A stretch of DNA of 64,000 nt from a virus. Its lineage: Duplodnaviria > Caudoviricetes. The first letter of the stretch is position 1. Every line of letters begins with the position of its first letter. Where the stretch lies: the IMG/VR virus record IMGVR_UViG_3300033066_001054. One strand, written 5' to 3'. This document shows positions 1 through 9,104 of this stretch, one piece after another. Below the pieces are notes generated by a model that saw nothing but the letters and a program-made list of their open reading frames with translations, ran no database searches and had not been told where the DNA came from. Position numbers and translations under genes: made by a program.

Positions 1-2
1 TA

Positions 3-2078
3 GTTGACGACGCACGCTGTGGATGCCCCGACGAACATATTGAAGAGAGACTCAAGGGTCGACATGGTCGCAATGACAAGGTGGAAACACGCAAACTCGC
101 AAGCAATATCGCTACCGAACTCGGTCGCGCCGCTTATGCTGCTCGCGTAACACCAGAAGAGATTATCGAAGTCTCTACAAAGATTGCACAACGAGAAGAC
201 CTTGAGGAACTAATCGCATTAGCATCTCTGGGTACAGATACTCGAGAGCGAACTGCTCAACGACACGCATTCTTTAACAACTCATCTGTAATGCTGGGTG
301 CAGAGAACGCTATCTATCACGGTCTCGGCAAGATTGTCAGTGATGACATCAAAGCCGGCGACGTTGTCGATGGTCTTCGTGCAGTGATTAGTGAGCGAGA
401 ACTCGCTGGCAAATTGATTACTCGAATTGCCAAAACAATGGTTGAAAACTCACCAACAACTTATGCCGATGTTGTGGTCAAAGCATCTCGTGAAGAACAA
501 CTGCGAACTGCTTTGAATTCTCTTGCAGATGGCGAGACTGAAACTAGTCGAGGTCATCTCAAGGCCGTGCTTTGCGCTCTAGCAGGAGCTGCAGACGAGT
601 GCCAAGCCGCACCTGAAGAAGTTATCAATGTGATTGCATCACGCAATCCTGGTGAAATCTTCGAAACACTCGGCATGTACAACAGCGCAAGTGCCCGAGA
701 GGCACGCAAGACCCTTCGACAAAGAGAAGAGTTCTACGGCAAGCGAATGGCATCAAAGAAAGATGTCGAGAACACAGTGTTCGGCTGGATGTCAGATTTT
801 GTCCACGATGGTCGAATCGACAGCTACGCACTTGCTGAAGCCGCAAGCCTTCTTGGAGCACGACCTGTTGCTGCAACCAATTTGCTTGGTCGACTACTCG
901 AGCGACAAGCAGCTATTTCGGTTACGGATGAAAAATGCACAACCAAGAGGCTTACAGCCACTGTGAGTGACTTCGAAGACCTAGACCCCAAGTCAAGCGA
1001 CTTCGACCAGCAGTTCAGAATGCGTGCAATGGACATCTTCCGACAAGCTGGTTATGATGTTGACGATGGCACATTCAATCTTACGAGTTTGAGCGTTGAC
1101 CAGTCTGGAAACATTCAAGCCGAGGTTTCTGCACGACTCACCAAGACATTCTGTGTCGAGGGAAGCACAGCAGGCGCAGGCATGGGCGTAGTAGACGACT
1201 TGCCAGTTGAGGCCACTATTGCAGAAAATGCACCAATGGAAGACGAATCTGGCAATCTCTATACTGTTTCAGCCATGGATGTGCTTGGAATGGAGCGAAC
1301 TGCTCAAGCCGCACCAGGAATGGGCGGTGCAATGGGCGGCGGAATGGGAATGCCACCAGCAGCACCAGCAGGCGGTGGTGTTGACCCATTAGCCGGCGCT
1401 GCTGACCCAATGGGTGGAGGTTTTGCCTCAATGACAGTGCCTAGCGAATCTGGGGCACCAGGAACCGAGGCTGTTGATAACCCTGCAAATGCAGACGATA
1501 TGTCAGAGCCAGGCACCAAACAACCATGGGGAACCGTGTGTCCTGTTTGTGGTTCGAAGAATGTCAGCATTGCTAACGGCGAAGGCGAATGCCAGAGCTG
1601 TGGCACACAACTGAAGTTCAAGCTGATGGTCGAAGCCGCACCAAGCACAGATGATGCTGGTGGTGATGGTGAAGGCGCAGATGCTGGAATGGGCGATATG
1701 GGTGCAGATGCTGGAATGGGTGATATGGGCGCAATGCCTGGTGGCGATATGGGCGCAGCACCTCCAATGCCTGCAGGTGGAGCACCAACCGACCCAATGA
1801 TGATGCAAGCAAGTTGGACAAGTTCGCCATTGGTATGGCAACGATTTGCCTCGGCTGGACAAGGCGTTTCTGAAAAAGAAGCAGCTAAGGCCAGACAAGC
1901 AATGAAACAATTGCCAGTTGGCCATGTTTGCCCAGGTTGTGGCGACCGCGAACAAATCGAAAAGATTCGAAACAAGACCATTTGTACTGCTTGCGGTACG
2001 GTGGCTGTTTCCAAGGTCGCAGCAGTAGAAGGACAACCAAATCTGCTGTCCAACACCATCTACTGGATACTCGAATAA
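3..2078 (+). CDS. Large putative head-associated protein with two C-terminal Zn-ribbon modules; 5'-truncated by the window edge
   Basis: Frame is open from nt 3 (the ORF track starts at GTG 81). CPVC..CQSC and CPGC..CTAC pairs, Gly/Met/Pro-rich linkers, first gene of the head cluster. Confidence 0.55.
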   Translation, partial: VDDARCGCPDEHIEERLKGRHGRNDKVETRKLASNIATELGRAAYAARVTPEEIIEVSTKIAQREDLEELIALASLGTDTRERTAQRHAFFNNSSVMLGAENAIYHGLGKIVSDDIKAGDVVDGLRAVISERELAGKLITRIAKTMVENSPTTYADVVVKASREEQLRTALNSLADGETETSRGHLKAVLCALAGAADECQAAPEEVINVIASRNPGEIFETLGMYNSASAREARKTLRQREEFYGKRMASKKDVENTVFGWMSDFVHDGRIDSYALAEAASLLGARPVAATNLLGRLLERQAAISVTDEKCTTKRLTATVSDFEDLDPKSSDFDQQFRMRAMDIFRQAGYDVDDGTFNLTSLSVDQSGNIQAEVSARLTKTFCVEGSTAGAGMGVVDDLPVEATIAENAPMEDESGNLYTVSAMDVLGMERTAQAAPGMGGAMGGGMGMPPAAPAGGGVDPLAGAADPMGGGFASMTVPSESGAPGTEAVDNPANADDMSEPGTKQPWGTVCPVCGSKNVSIANGEGECQSCGTQLKFKLMVEAAPSTDDAGGDGEGADAGMGDMGADAGMGDMGAMPGGDMGAAPPMPAGGAPTDPMMMQASWTSSPLVWQRFASAGQGVSEKEAAKARQAMKQLPVGHVCPGCGDREQIEKIRNKTICTACGTVAVSKVAAVEGQPNLLSNTIYWILE

Positions 2079-2131
2079 GGTTTGCCGCGAACCTATCGCG
2101 GCAAATTATTCCCTCTCGAGGGGACTTTTTT

Positions 2132-2172
2132 AAGAATCTCGCTCACTTTCGTAGGTGAGCGAGATTCTTTTT
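2132..2172 (+). terminator. Intrinsic terminator-like hairpin
   Basis: AAGAATCTCGCTCAC-tttcgtag-GTGAGCGAGATTCTT followed by a T run; two smaller hairpins lie at 2081-2105 and 2111-2123. Confidence 0.65.
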
Positions 2173-2250
2173 CATAAGAAGCCAGATAGACGAAGTGTTG
2201 GCAAGCGCCGATACCCCACCCAAATCATAAATTAGGGAGCAAATCTGACT

Positions 2251-4167
2251 ATGGCTACAACAAAACAAGAAGGAGGACTGGACGCACGCACCAAAGCGGT
2301 TCGCTTGGCAATGCTACAGGAATCCGACGCGGACGATTTTCGACAATGCGTTCGCGAAGTGCAAGCCAGTACAGGACTTTCCGAAGCGGAAGCTCGGATT
2401 GTTGCTGGAGCACTTAGAAGTGAAATGCTTCCCAAGGTCGCTCAATCTCTCGGACTAGAGGAGGATGACATTGCAGACTTTGCAAACAAACTCCCAGGTG
2501 ACGAAGATGATGCAGACGGGGAGCAACCGACCACAGATTTCGCTGACGACAAGGTTGAAGACGAAGATGACTTCGTTGAAGAACCACAAGATGATACAGC
2601 CGCCATTCGAGGGGATGCTCTCGATATGGGTGGTGAAGACGCCATCGAAGACGACATGAGCGATGTAGACGACTTGGGTACAGAACAGACCCTTGAGATT
2701 CAAGTGCCTGCGGGCAAAGTAGACGAGGTTCAAGAAGCGATTCGTTCGATTCTTGGAACCGATGCTTTTGGCCTTGGCGGAGATTCTGAATTCAATTTCA
2801 AAGACGACGAAGAAGGAGATTTTGGAGATGAAAATTTCGAAGATATGCCTTTGGAAGACGATGACGAAGATTTGAATTTCGAAGATGAAAACATTGGGGA
2901 AGACGCCCCGAACACAGGAAAACAGGTGATTAGCATGTCCAACAAGCAAAAGGCTGGCCGTGAAGTCAGGGCTGCTGATGAGCAGGTGAAACCAAAAGAC
3001 CGAGGTCTTGGAAGTGACACTAGCCACGGAGGCAAACCTTTCCAATATGCGGCAGATGCCCAATATCAGGGTGAAGACAAACGACCTGGCATGACCCTTG
3101 AGGACAGTGCAGGCAATTCACTCCGCGACCAAAACCCGACTTTCGCAGACGCGACAGTCCCCGCCAAAAACCCCGAGAAACTTCAGTTGAAGAACTCGTA
3201 CAAGACCTTCAAATACGAAGGTGCCGATGGTGACATCGAGTACGACATGAGCAGCGAAGTTTTCGAAGTCCCCTCTGCCGGTGAAAAGGCCGGAGGCGAA
3301 TTTGAAGTTCCAACTCAAATGACCAGTACTCTTGACCGCAAGACTACTGTGGCCACTTTGAATAGTAACGTCGAAAGAGTCGCTGGGGAAAAAGCAACCG
3401 ACGACAGTGATTATGTCACTGCAAACAACGAAGAGCTTTATGTTACTTCTGACAATCGCACCGTAGGTCGCGATGAGTTCGAAGAGCATGTCATTGACAC
3501 CTTGGTGGCAAGCGGCATGACAGAGAAGGAAGTACTTGCGATGTCATTCGCAGAAGGGCTCGAGCTATACGGCAATATTGTCGAACAGCGCACTGCTGCA
3601 AGCAATGCAATGGGCGACATTACCCGCGCACATGCTGAAAGGCAGGCTCGCATCAATAAACTGGCAGCCGACATTAAGGTCGAGATTGCTGGTGGAACTG
3701 AAGAGCCAGATGGCACAGACGAGACAATTGAGGAAGCCCTTAAGGAATCTCGAGAAGCCATGAGAGACACATTCATCCGCGAGGCTGAATTGTTCAAAAA
3801 GCGCGTTAAGGCCGCTTATGGCGTAACTACTCGACTCGTAATCGCTGGAATTATCAACGATAACGAAGTTGACAATCACGTAGACACTTGGCTCAAGGAT
3901 AACCTGAGCGTGGGTGCCATGCTTAAGCAAGGCAACTTCATGCTTCGGGCTGCGTCCAAGACGACCGACCGCACCGTACAAGCCGGCAACAACAGTGGCA
4001 ACACTCGAACTGCTGGAGTATCGGTAAACCCTGCCCTTGTAACACCGAATCTCGGTAGCACACAGGAGGTTAAGGACCGTCTCGCCAATCTTTTCACTGT
4101 TGGTGGAATCCCACGTAACGCATTTGATGCTTACAAAGATAACGACAACAACAGCAGGGACTTTTAA
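2251..4167 (+). CDS. Highly acidic putative capsid scaffold/core protein
   Basis: 638 aa, D/E-rich N-half and helical C-half, AGGGAG RBS, two genes upstream of the MCP. Function inferred from position. Confidence 0.5.
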   Translation: MATTKQEGGLDARTKAVRLAMLQESDADDFRQCVREVQASTGLSEAEARIVAGALRSEMLPKVAQSLGLEEDDIADFANKLPGDEDDADGEQPTTDFADDKVEDEDDFVEEPQDDTAAIRGDALDMGGEDAIEDDMSDVDDLGTEQTLEIQVPAGKVDEVQEAIRSILGTDAFGLGGDSEFNFKDDEEGDFGDENFEDMPLEDDDEDLNFEDENIGEDAPNTGKQVISMSNKQKAGREVRAADEQVKPKDRGLGSDTSHGGKPFQYAADAQYQGEDKRPGMTLEDSAGNSLRDQNPTFADATVPAKNPEKLQLKNSYKTFKYEGADGDIEYDMSSEVFEVPSAGEKAGGEFEVPTQMTSTLDRKTTVATLNSNVERVAGEKATDDSDYVTANNEELYVTSDNRTVGRDEFEEHVIDTLVASGMTEKEVLAMSFAEGLELYGNIVEQRTAASNAMGDITRAHAERQARINKLAADIKVEIAGGTEEPDGTDETIEEALKESREAMRDTFIREAELFKKRVKAAYGVTTRLVIAGIINDNEVDNHVDTWLKDNLSVGAMLKQGNFMLRAASKTTDRTVQAGNNSGNTRTAGVSVNPALVTPNLGSTQEVKDRLANLFTVGGIPRNAFDAYKDNDNNSRDF

Positions 4168-4188
4168 GGAAACACAGGAGAAATAGCA

Positions 4189-4935
4189 ATGGCAATTCGC
4201 GAGCTTCAAAGCGTAGTCCACCTTCAATACGAAAGCAAGGCCGATTCAAACGTCCAGAACCTCTGGCACGCAGGTCAGGTTCTCGCTATGGAATGGCAGG
4301 CAAGCGCTAACAATACAACACAAGGTTTGGTCCGCCTCGCAAACCGTGGTGACAGTTGGACGACAACTTCGTCTGGTGTCCTCGACAACCCCGGTACAGA
4401 GGTACGAGCAAACATCGTAGGTCTTTCTGCCGACGACACGGCGCGAACTGGCAACACCGGCATTTATGTCGACCCAGTCGGTTCCACCTATGTTGGCACA
4501 GGTGTAGGTTCTTCCGCATCGTTTACCGACAACACAAATGGTTTCTATTCAGCGACCAAGCGTGCTCTCGGTGACTATCAGGATGAGCGCATCACCAACG
4601 TCACAAACTTGACTGATTCGAACTCCGGTTACGCCGGTCCTCGACGCTCAGTCGCCGTTTATGCAACACCATCTGCGCAGTTCCTCGTGGACAGCACAGC
4701 ATTCGTGTCAGCACAGACAGCCACAACTAACGGTACGTATCTGGACCAATCTCTTGGTACAGCGTTCGCCCCTGGCGACATTCTTACTGTTGGTGCAGGT
4801 GTGTTTGCGAGCGCAAACAACTTCGGTTGCTTGGTTCGACGCACAGCGGCTGCCGATGGTACTGCTATCGCCCGATTGGACGAGTACAACAGCACCAGCG
4901 GCCTTATGAAAATTACACTCTTGATGAGTCTGTAA
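4189..4935 (+). CDS. Putative head decoration/cement protein
   Basis: 248 aa, T/S/G-rich beta-type sequence immediately before the MCP, CAGGAG RBS. Confidence 0.5.
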   Translation: MAIRELQSVVHLQYESKADSNVQNLWHAGQVLAMEWQASANNTTQGLVRLANRGDSWTTTSSGVLDNPGTEVRANIVGLSADDTARTGNTGIYVDPVGSTYVGTGVGSSASFTDNTNGFYSATKRALGDYQDERITNVTNLTDSNSGYAGPRRSVAVYATPSAQFLVDSTAFVSAQTATTNGTYLDQSLGTAFAPGDILTVGAGVFASANNFGCLVRRTAAADGTAIARLDEYNSTSGLMKITLLMSL

Positions 4936-4959
4936 GCAGGGGTATAGGAGATAACTAAC

Positions 4960-5820
4960 ATGAGCAACATCCGAAACGTATATGGCATTGACGAGCAAAA
5001 CGAAGAGTTTCTCGCCGCCGCTATGGACACCCCCGAAGGTCGCGTCGCATTAGCGCAAGCTATGGTTGAACCCATTAAGACATCTTTGATGTACCAAGGT
5101 GTAGGCCGCAAGCTGCTGATGGTTGACGAACTGCCGCAGGGTGCCCTTCCTCGCTACGAGCGAGACATCGCAGTTAAGTCTTACGTAATGAGTAAGCGTG
5201 GTTCAGTTCCAACGTCTATCGTTGAAGCTGAAGAGTTGATGGTTCCGGTTCTTGAAATCGCTTGTAACCCAACCGTCAAGCTCAACGAAATCCGTGCCCG
5301 ACGATTCTATATTGTCGACCGCGCACAGGTGAGGGCCAAGGACTCATTGCAGCGACAAGAGGACGCCGAAGTCTTCCGCGTTATCAACGCGGCTGTACCT
5401 TCAGCACACAACATCACGGTTACTGGTTCACTCCAGCCCGAGAACATCAACCTCGCTCTGTCTCTCATTGAAGAGCACGAGTTGATTGGTGCCAAAATTG
5501 TTGTGCATCCTCAGCGCTACAAAGACATCCGAACATGGGGCAAGGAGTTCTATGATGAAGCGACAACTCGCGACATCTTGATGACCGGACTTTTCGGTCA
5601 CTTGTACTCCGCTGACATTCACGTCAGCACCATCGTTCCAAAGAACGCTGTCTACGTATTGGCACCGGCCGCCTTCGTTGGCGCCATGCCAGTCCGCCAG
5701 GACATCACCGTTCTTCCGAGCGACGACCCTCGACGACTCCGCCTCGGCTGGGTCATCTTCGAGGAACTTGGCTTCGCCGTTATCAACGACTACGCCACCG
5801 CTCGAATCATCGTTAGCTAA
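4960..5820 (+). CDS. Major capsid protein (HK97-like fold)
   Basis: 286 aa, AGGAG RBS, codon use biased to C-ending codons, strong terminator after it. Motifs ..IVVHPQRYKDI.., ..GHLYSADIHVS..VPKN..YVL.. and ..GWVIFEELGFAVIN..A.. fit HK97-type capsid proteins of large phages. Confidence 0.85.
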   Translation: MSNIRNVYGIDEQNEEFLAAAMDTPEGRVALAQAMVEPIKTSLMYQGVGRKLLMVDELPQGALPRYERDIAVKSYVMSKRGSVPTSIVEAEELMVPVLEIACNPTVKLNEIRARRFYIVDRAQVRAKDSLQRQEDAEVFRVINAAVPSAHNITVTGSLQPENINLALSLIEEHELIGAKIVVHPQRYKDIRTWGKEFYDEATTRDILMTGLFGHLYSADIHVSTIVPKNAVYVLAPAAFVGAMPVRQDITVLPSDDPRRLRLGWVIFEELGFAVINDYATARIIVS

Positions 5821-5838
5821 CGCTACGGTGAACGACTT

Positions 5839-5872
5839 ACAGGCCCCGCCATAGGCGGGGCCTGTTTTGTTT
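5839..5872 (+). terminator. Rho-independent terminator of the MCP gene
   Basis: ACAGGCCCCGCC/GGCGGGGCCTGT stem followed by TTTGTTT. Confidence 0.85.
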
Positions 5873-5885
5873 GTATAAGGCTGAA

Positions 5886-6110
5886 GTGGTCGAAAAACAA
5901 CATAATACAGAGTTGAATAATGGATTCTATGACGCAGCGACACAGCGCGATATATTGAAGACAGGTTACTACGGTCATTTGTATTCAGCAAGTATACATG
6001 TTAGCACAATGGTTCCTAGAAACACTGTGGAAACTATGGATAGGGTGTTGCAATCAGAAGAACAGCGTAAGCAACTTTCTGATTACATGCGGTCGTGGTT
6101 GAAGAAATGA
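5886..6110 (+). CDS. MCP-fragment mini-protein 1 (MCP aa ~197-231) plus shared C-terminal tag
   Basis: FYDAATQRDILKTGYYGHLYSASIHVSTMVPRNTV vs MCP FYDEATTRDILMTGLFGHLYSADIHVSTIVPKNAV; ends QLSDYMRSWLKK. GTG 5886 start is inferred (track uses 5871). Confidence 0.8.
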   Translation: MVEKQHNTELNNGFYDAATQRDILKTGYYGHLYSASIHVSTMVPRNTVETMDRVLQSEEQRKQLSDYMRSWLKK

Positions 6111-6352
6111 GCAACGGCGAAATTATACTACCAGGTGCCTTCGATGGCGCATTGCCGATGAGAGAAGACATAACGATTTTGCCAGCCACACCTGTGCCAC
6201 GAGATAAACAGGGACTTGGCTGGGTGGTTTTTGAAGAAGTTGGTGAAGCAATAATCAACAACTATGCTATTGATAGAATAGTGGTCAGTAATCAAACTCA
6301 AGAAGATATCAAACGAGCGCTGGAAGAATACATGAGGAAATATGCAAGGTAG
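6107..6352 (+). CDS. MCP-fragment mini-protein 2 (MCP aa ~236-286) plus tag
   Basis: GAFDGALPMREDITILP..LGWVVFEEVGEAIINNYAIDRIVVS vs the MCP C-terminus; ends ALEEYMRKYAR; ATGA overlap with the previous stop. Confidence 0.8.
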   Translation: MSNGEIILPGAFDGALPMREDITILPATPVPRDKQGLGWVVFEEVGEAIINNYAIDRIVVSNQTQEDIKRALEEYMRKYAR

Positions 6353-6563
6353 CAGTGAATCAAAACCATATAAGGCGTTTGGGCGCAAGCTGTTAATGGT
6401 TGACGAATTACCTCAGGGTGCATTAGCAAAATACGAGCGTGACGTACAAGTGAAATCGTATGTCATACCACGTCGTGGTGGTGTGCCCGGAGCTGTTTCA
6501 GAACCTTATGCACCAATTGACACACTCAAGGAATATATTAGGAAGTGGATGAGTAGTGGCTAA
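6342..6563 (+). CDS. MCP-fragment mini-protein 3 (MCP aa 49-84) plus tag
   Basis: GRKLLMVDELPQGALAKYERDVQVKSYVIPRRGGVP, 28/36 identical to the MCP by hand alignment; ends TLKEYIRKWMSSG. Confidence 0.8.
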   Translation: MQGSSESKPYKAFGRKLLMVDELPQGALAKYERDVQVKSYVIPRRGGVPGAVSEPYAPIDTLKEYIRKWMSSG

Positions 6564-6789
6564 AAACACAAATCAACAAAGAGAGGACCAAATAACAGCG
6601 GCGCTTAGCACCCCAGAAGGCAAGGCAGCACTTCGTGCCGCGATGTCCGCGCCAATACAGACTTCGATAATGTATCAGAACATCGGCGCGAAACTGCTAA
6701 TGGTAGATTCATTGCCAGACCCTTATGACGAATATCCGAATGCCCGTGACGCTGTTAGCGATTACATGAAAAAATGGGTGCAAAAATGA
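6556..6789 (+). CDS. MCP-fragment mini-protein 4 (MCP aa ~15-59) plus tag
   Basis: AALSTPEGKAALRAAMSAPIQTSIMYQNIGAKLLMVDSLP vs MCP AAMDTPEGRVALAQAMVEPIKTSLMYQGVGRKLLMVDELP; ends AVSDYMKKWVQK. Confidence 0.8.
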   Translation: MAKNTNQQREDQITAALSTPEGKAALRAAMSAPIQTSIMYQNIGAKLLMVDSLPDPYDEYPNARDAVSDYMKKWVQK

Positions 6790-6980
6790 CCGCGAACCCA
6801 CTGGCTAACATCAATGCAGCTCTCGAGGCATTGGAACAACACGAATTGGCCGGCGCAAAAATCATCATTCATCCGAGCAGGTATGCCGATATTGAGCGAT
6901 GGAGAAGAGAAGATGACGCCACAATACGCGAGCAGTTTAGCAAGTACATGCGAGGATATTTGGGTCAAGACATCAAGTAA
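6786..6980 (+). CDS. MCP-fragment mini-protein 5 (MCP aa ~162-193) plus tag
   Basis: NINAALEALEQHELAGAKIIIHPSRYADIERW vs MCP NINLALSLIEEHELIGAKIVVHPQRYKDIRTW; ends QFSKYMRGYLGQDIK; ATGA overlap. Confidence 0.8.
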   Translation: MTANPLANINAALEALEQHELAGAKIIIHPSRYADIERWRREDDATIREQFSKYMRGYLGQDIK

Positions 6981-7522
6981 TATTCAGAGACATCTTGACC
7001 CATGGCTGCTTCACATTTGTCAACAATTTTGACAATGTAGTCTGATATTCCTTTATGTTGCAATGAACTGAGTTTCGACATTTCACTGAGTGTGTATGTC
7101 ATTTCTTTGAATGATTCCATACGTCGCTCATCTTGTGCCAACATTTGTTGACCAATCAAAACACCGAACATCTGCGGGTCTTGGACCCCAAAATCCTTGC
7201 TGTGGTATTTGATTGTGTGAATAGACCTGATTGCGTGTTCTGCATGCTCGAATTCTGTTAAACAACGAATTAAAGAGGTGTACAGTGCTGCCAATTCTCC
7301 AGTCATCTGCACTTCGCCAGACACCAACACTGGCAATAGACTGTATTGGATTGTTCGAATACAGGCACTCATTTCAGCGTTGGGCTCGAATGCCATGTTC
7401 GATGGCATTTCGTCCGGGGACTCATTGAGTTGTTGCTGAATGGTCGACGTGTTATTGTCGATTCTCTCTTGCTCAATTCCCTGGATGTCGTCTGGAATAC
7501 TTGCCTTTCTAAATCGTTTCAT
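6965..7522 (-). CDS. Hypothetical protein
   Basis: 185-aa ORF coupled to the upstream Dps-like gene and convergent on the mini-gene array. Confidence 0.6.
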   Translation of the reverse strand: MKRFRKASIPDDIQGIEQERIDNNTSTIQQQLNESPDEMPSNMAFEPNAEMSACIRTIQYSLLPVLVSGEVQMTGELAALYTSLIRCLTEFEHAEHAIRSIHTIKYHSKDFGVQDPQMFGVLIGQQMLAQDERRMESFKEMTYTLSEMSKLSSLQHKGISDYIVKIVDKCEAAMGQDVSEYYLMS

Positions 7523-7875
7523 TGTAGCGTCAATAGATACTTGAGTTTGTTCATTGCAGCAAGCATCTCATCCCTGAGATTAAGTAAGTCCGAATCTGAT
7601 TGTTCAAACACATTGTTAAACTCTATCAGATATTCAATGCAGTGACCGATGAACTCAATAGGTTCAACATTTACAGAAAGCGATATGCTCAATTTATCTT
7701 CGCGGATTCTGCTTTGGGATTTGCCCAAGTACACTTCGACAAATTCATCAACAAGTCCATCAAGTGCTTCGTAGGTTTTTCCAAACGCCTCGTGTTGCGC
7801 GAAACTTTTGGTCTGCCAGTGGAACACACGAATTTGTTGTTGAATCGTGATGAGGTTTCCAATTAGCTGACTCAT
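7519..7875 (-). CDS. Small Dps/ferritin-like four-helix protein (DUF5856-like)
   Basis: FHWQTKSFAQHEAFGKTYEALDGLVDEFVE matches the Dps HW..H..D..E pattern; C-terminal KLKYLLTL. Confidence 0.75.
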   Translation of the reverse strand: MSQLIGNLITIQQQIRVFHWQTKSFAQHEAFGKTYEALDGLVDEFVEVYLGKSQSRIREDKLSISLSVNVEPIEFIGHCIEYLIEFNNVFEQSDSDLLNLRDEMLAAMNKLKYLLTLQ

Positions 7876-7910
7876 AGTGTATTATTCGCCATGAATCAAA
7901 CACCGCCCTT

Positions 7911-8828
7911 TCAGACCATCGCAAGTTCTTTTGAATTCGGCAACGGCGTGTTCAAGGCTGATACGATTTCATCAGCGAAATTCTCTTTCGGTCTACACCA
8001 AGATGTGTGCTCGTAGTTGACCTTATTTGCGCTTGATTCGTATTTCTTTGGATTGTGCCTGAGCAAAAGTTTCTGTGCTAATAGTGTATCTGCTATTGGG
8101 ATATTGGTTCCCATGTGTCCGCAAAATGCTTGTTCAACCTTATTCTTATCACCGAGGCGCAAAACGTTGCCATGAAGTGTATACAAAAGCCGGTATTTGA
8201 TGCCGCATTTTGATACAACATCAAACCATCCTTGCTTCTTCAGTGAACGCTTTTGCACTGGCGACAAGTGTTCCCAAAGCAAATGAATTGCTCGGTGAGT
8301 AGCCTTGGCCCGGAGCATTGCATTTCGCTCAATCTCTGCTTCACGTGCCCGACGTTGCTCTTCGAGTAATTCTCTCTCTTCCTCAGTGAGTTCTCGAGAT
8401 GTAATCCCACCCAGCATTGCGCCGAAATAGTTCGATGTATCACTTGATGCAATGTACTGAAGCACCTGGCCCGAAGCAGTACACCCCTCAGCGGTACTGA
8501 GTATCAGATTTTGCAGTTCGGTATTTGAACTGCCTGGCGTCATTGCCAGCCTCACTGACCAATATGGATAAGACCCTTCAGTGGCGGTGGCGGTTATGTT
8601 TTGAACTACATAATTGCAATTTGAACCAGTGATAACTCTTGTGTTAGCCAAAAGTTCAATTGCCGCAGTGTCGTCTACTTCAAATTCATATACAGCACTT
8701 AGGGTTGTATCGGTTCGATACGCGGTAATTGCCGTGTTGCTCATAGTCGAAAGATGCACGCTATGGCTGGTTCCAGAAGTAGCGCAACCTGACCAATACA
8801 ACCCAAGAGAGTTGTTTGTCGAGGGCAT
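7911..8828 (-). CDS. Hypothetical protein
   Basis: 305-aa ORF coupled to the upstream gene. Confidence 0.55.
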   Translation of the reverse strand: MPSTNNSLGLYWSGCATSGTSHSVHLSTMSNTAITAYRTDTTLSAVYEFEVDDTAAIELLANTRVITGSNCNYVVQNITATATEGSYPYWSVRLAMTPGSSNTELQNLILSTAEGCTASGQVLQYIASSDTSNYFGAMLGGITSRELTEEERELLEEQRRAREAEIERNAMLRAKATHRAIHLLWEHLSPVQKRSLKKQGWFDVVSKCGIKYRLLYTLHGNVLRLGDKNKVEQAFCGHMGTNIPIADTLLAQKLLLRHNPKKYESSANKVNYEHTSWCRPKENFADEIVSALNTPLPNSKELAMV

Positions 8829-9103
8829 TATCCTTCTGGCGGACTTGGATACCCGGCCTTTACTGGCGGAGCAAAGATGATTTTCCCAGCATGGGGGTCA
8901 AACTCTGACATCTCGCCTTCTTCTATGCCAAACGGGTCTACGTAATATGCCATGAATCCTTCGGTTAGCTTTTTCTCGAAGAGCTGTTTGGCTCGGTCTA
9001 CGTCATATTCATCATTAACGTTGAACTCAAAAGGCGTGTCTCCAGTCTCGTTCAATTCATGCATGATTAGCCTGCCGGCTGCTTGTGTAGCTTGCATACT
9101 CAT
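8828..9103 (-). CDS. Small hypothetical protein (EFDP..KII..PP..G type)
   Basis: ORF track 8828..9115; TGCTATAAT lies just upstream of ATG 9103; exact start uncertain. Confidence 0.55.
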   Translation of the reverse strand: MSMQATQAAGRLIMHELNETGDTPFEFNVNDEYDVDRAKQLFEKKLTEGFMAYYVDPFGIEEGEMSEFDPHAGKIIFAPPVKAGYPSPPEG

Positions 9104-9104
9104 A

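Noticed and set aside
4960-5820. Encapsulin shell gene
   Set aside because: The size fits, but the context of scaffold, neck, tail, fibres and tRNAs indicates a phage capsid.
5886-6980. Decayed duplicate (pseudogene) of the MCP
   Set aside because: Order is scrambled, frames are intact and coupled, many changes are synonymous, and every piece carries a non-MCP tag.
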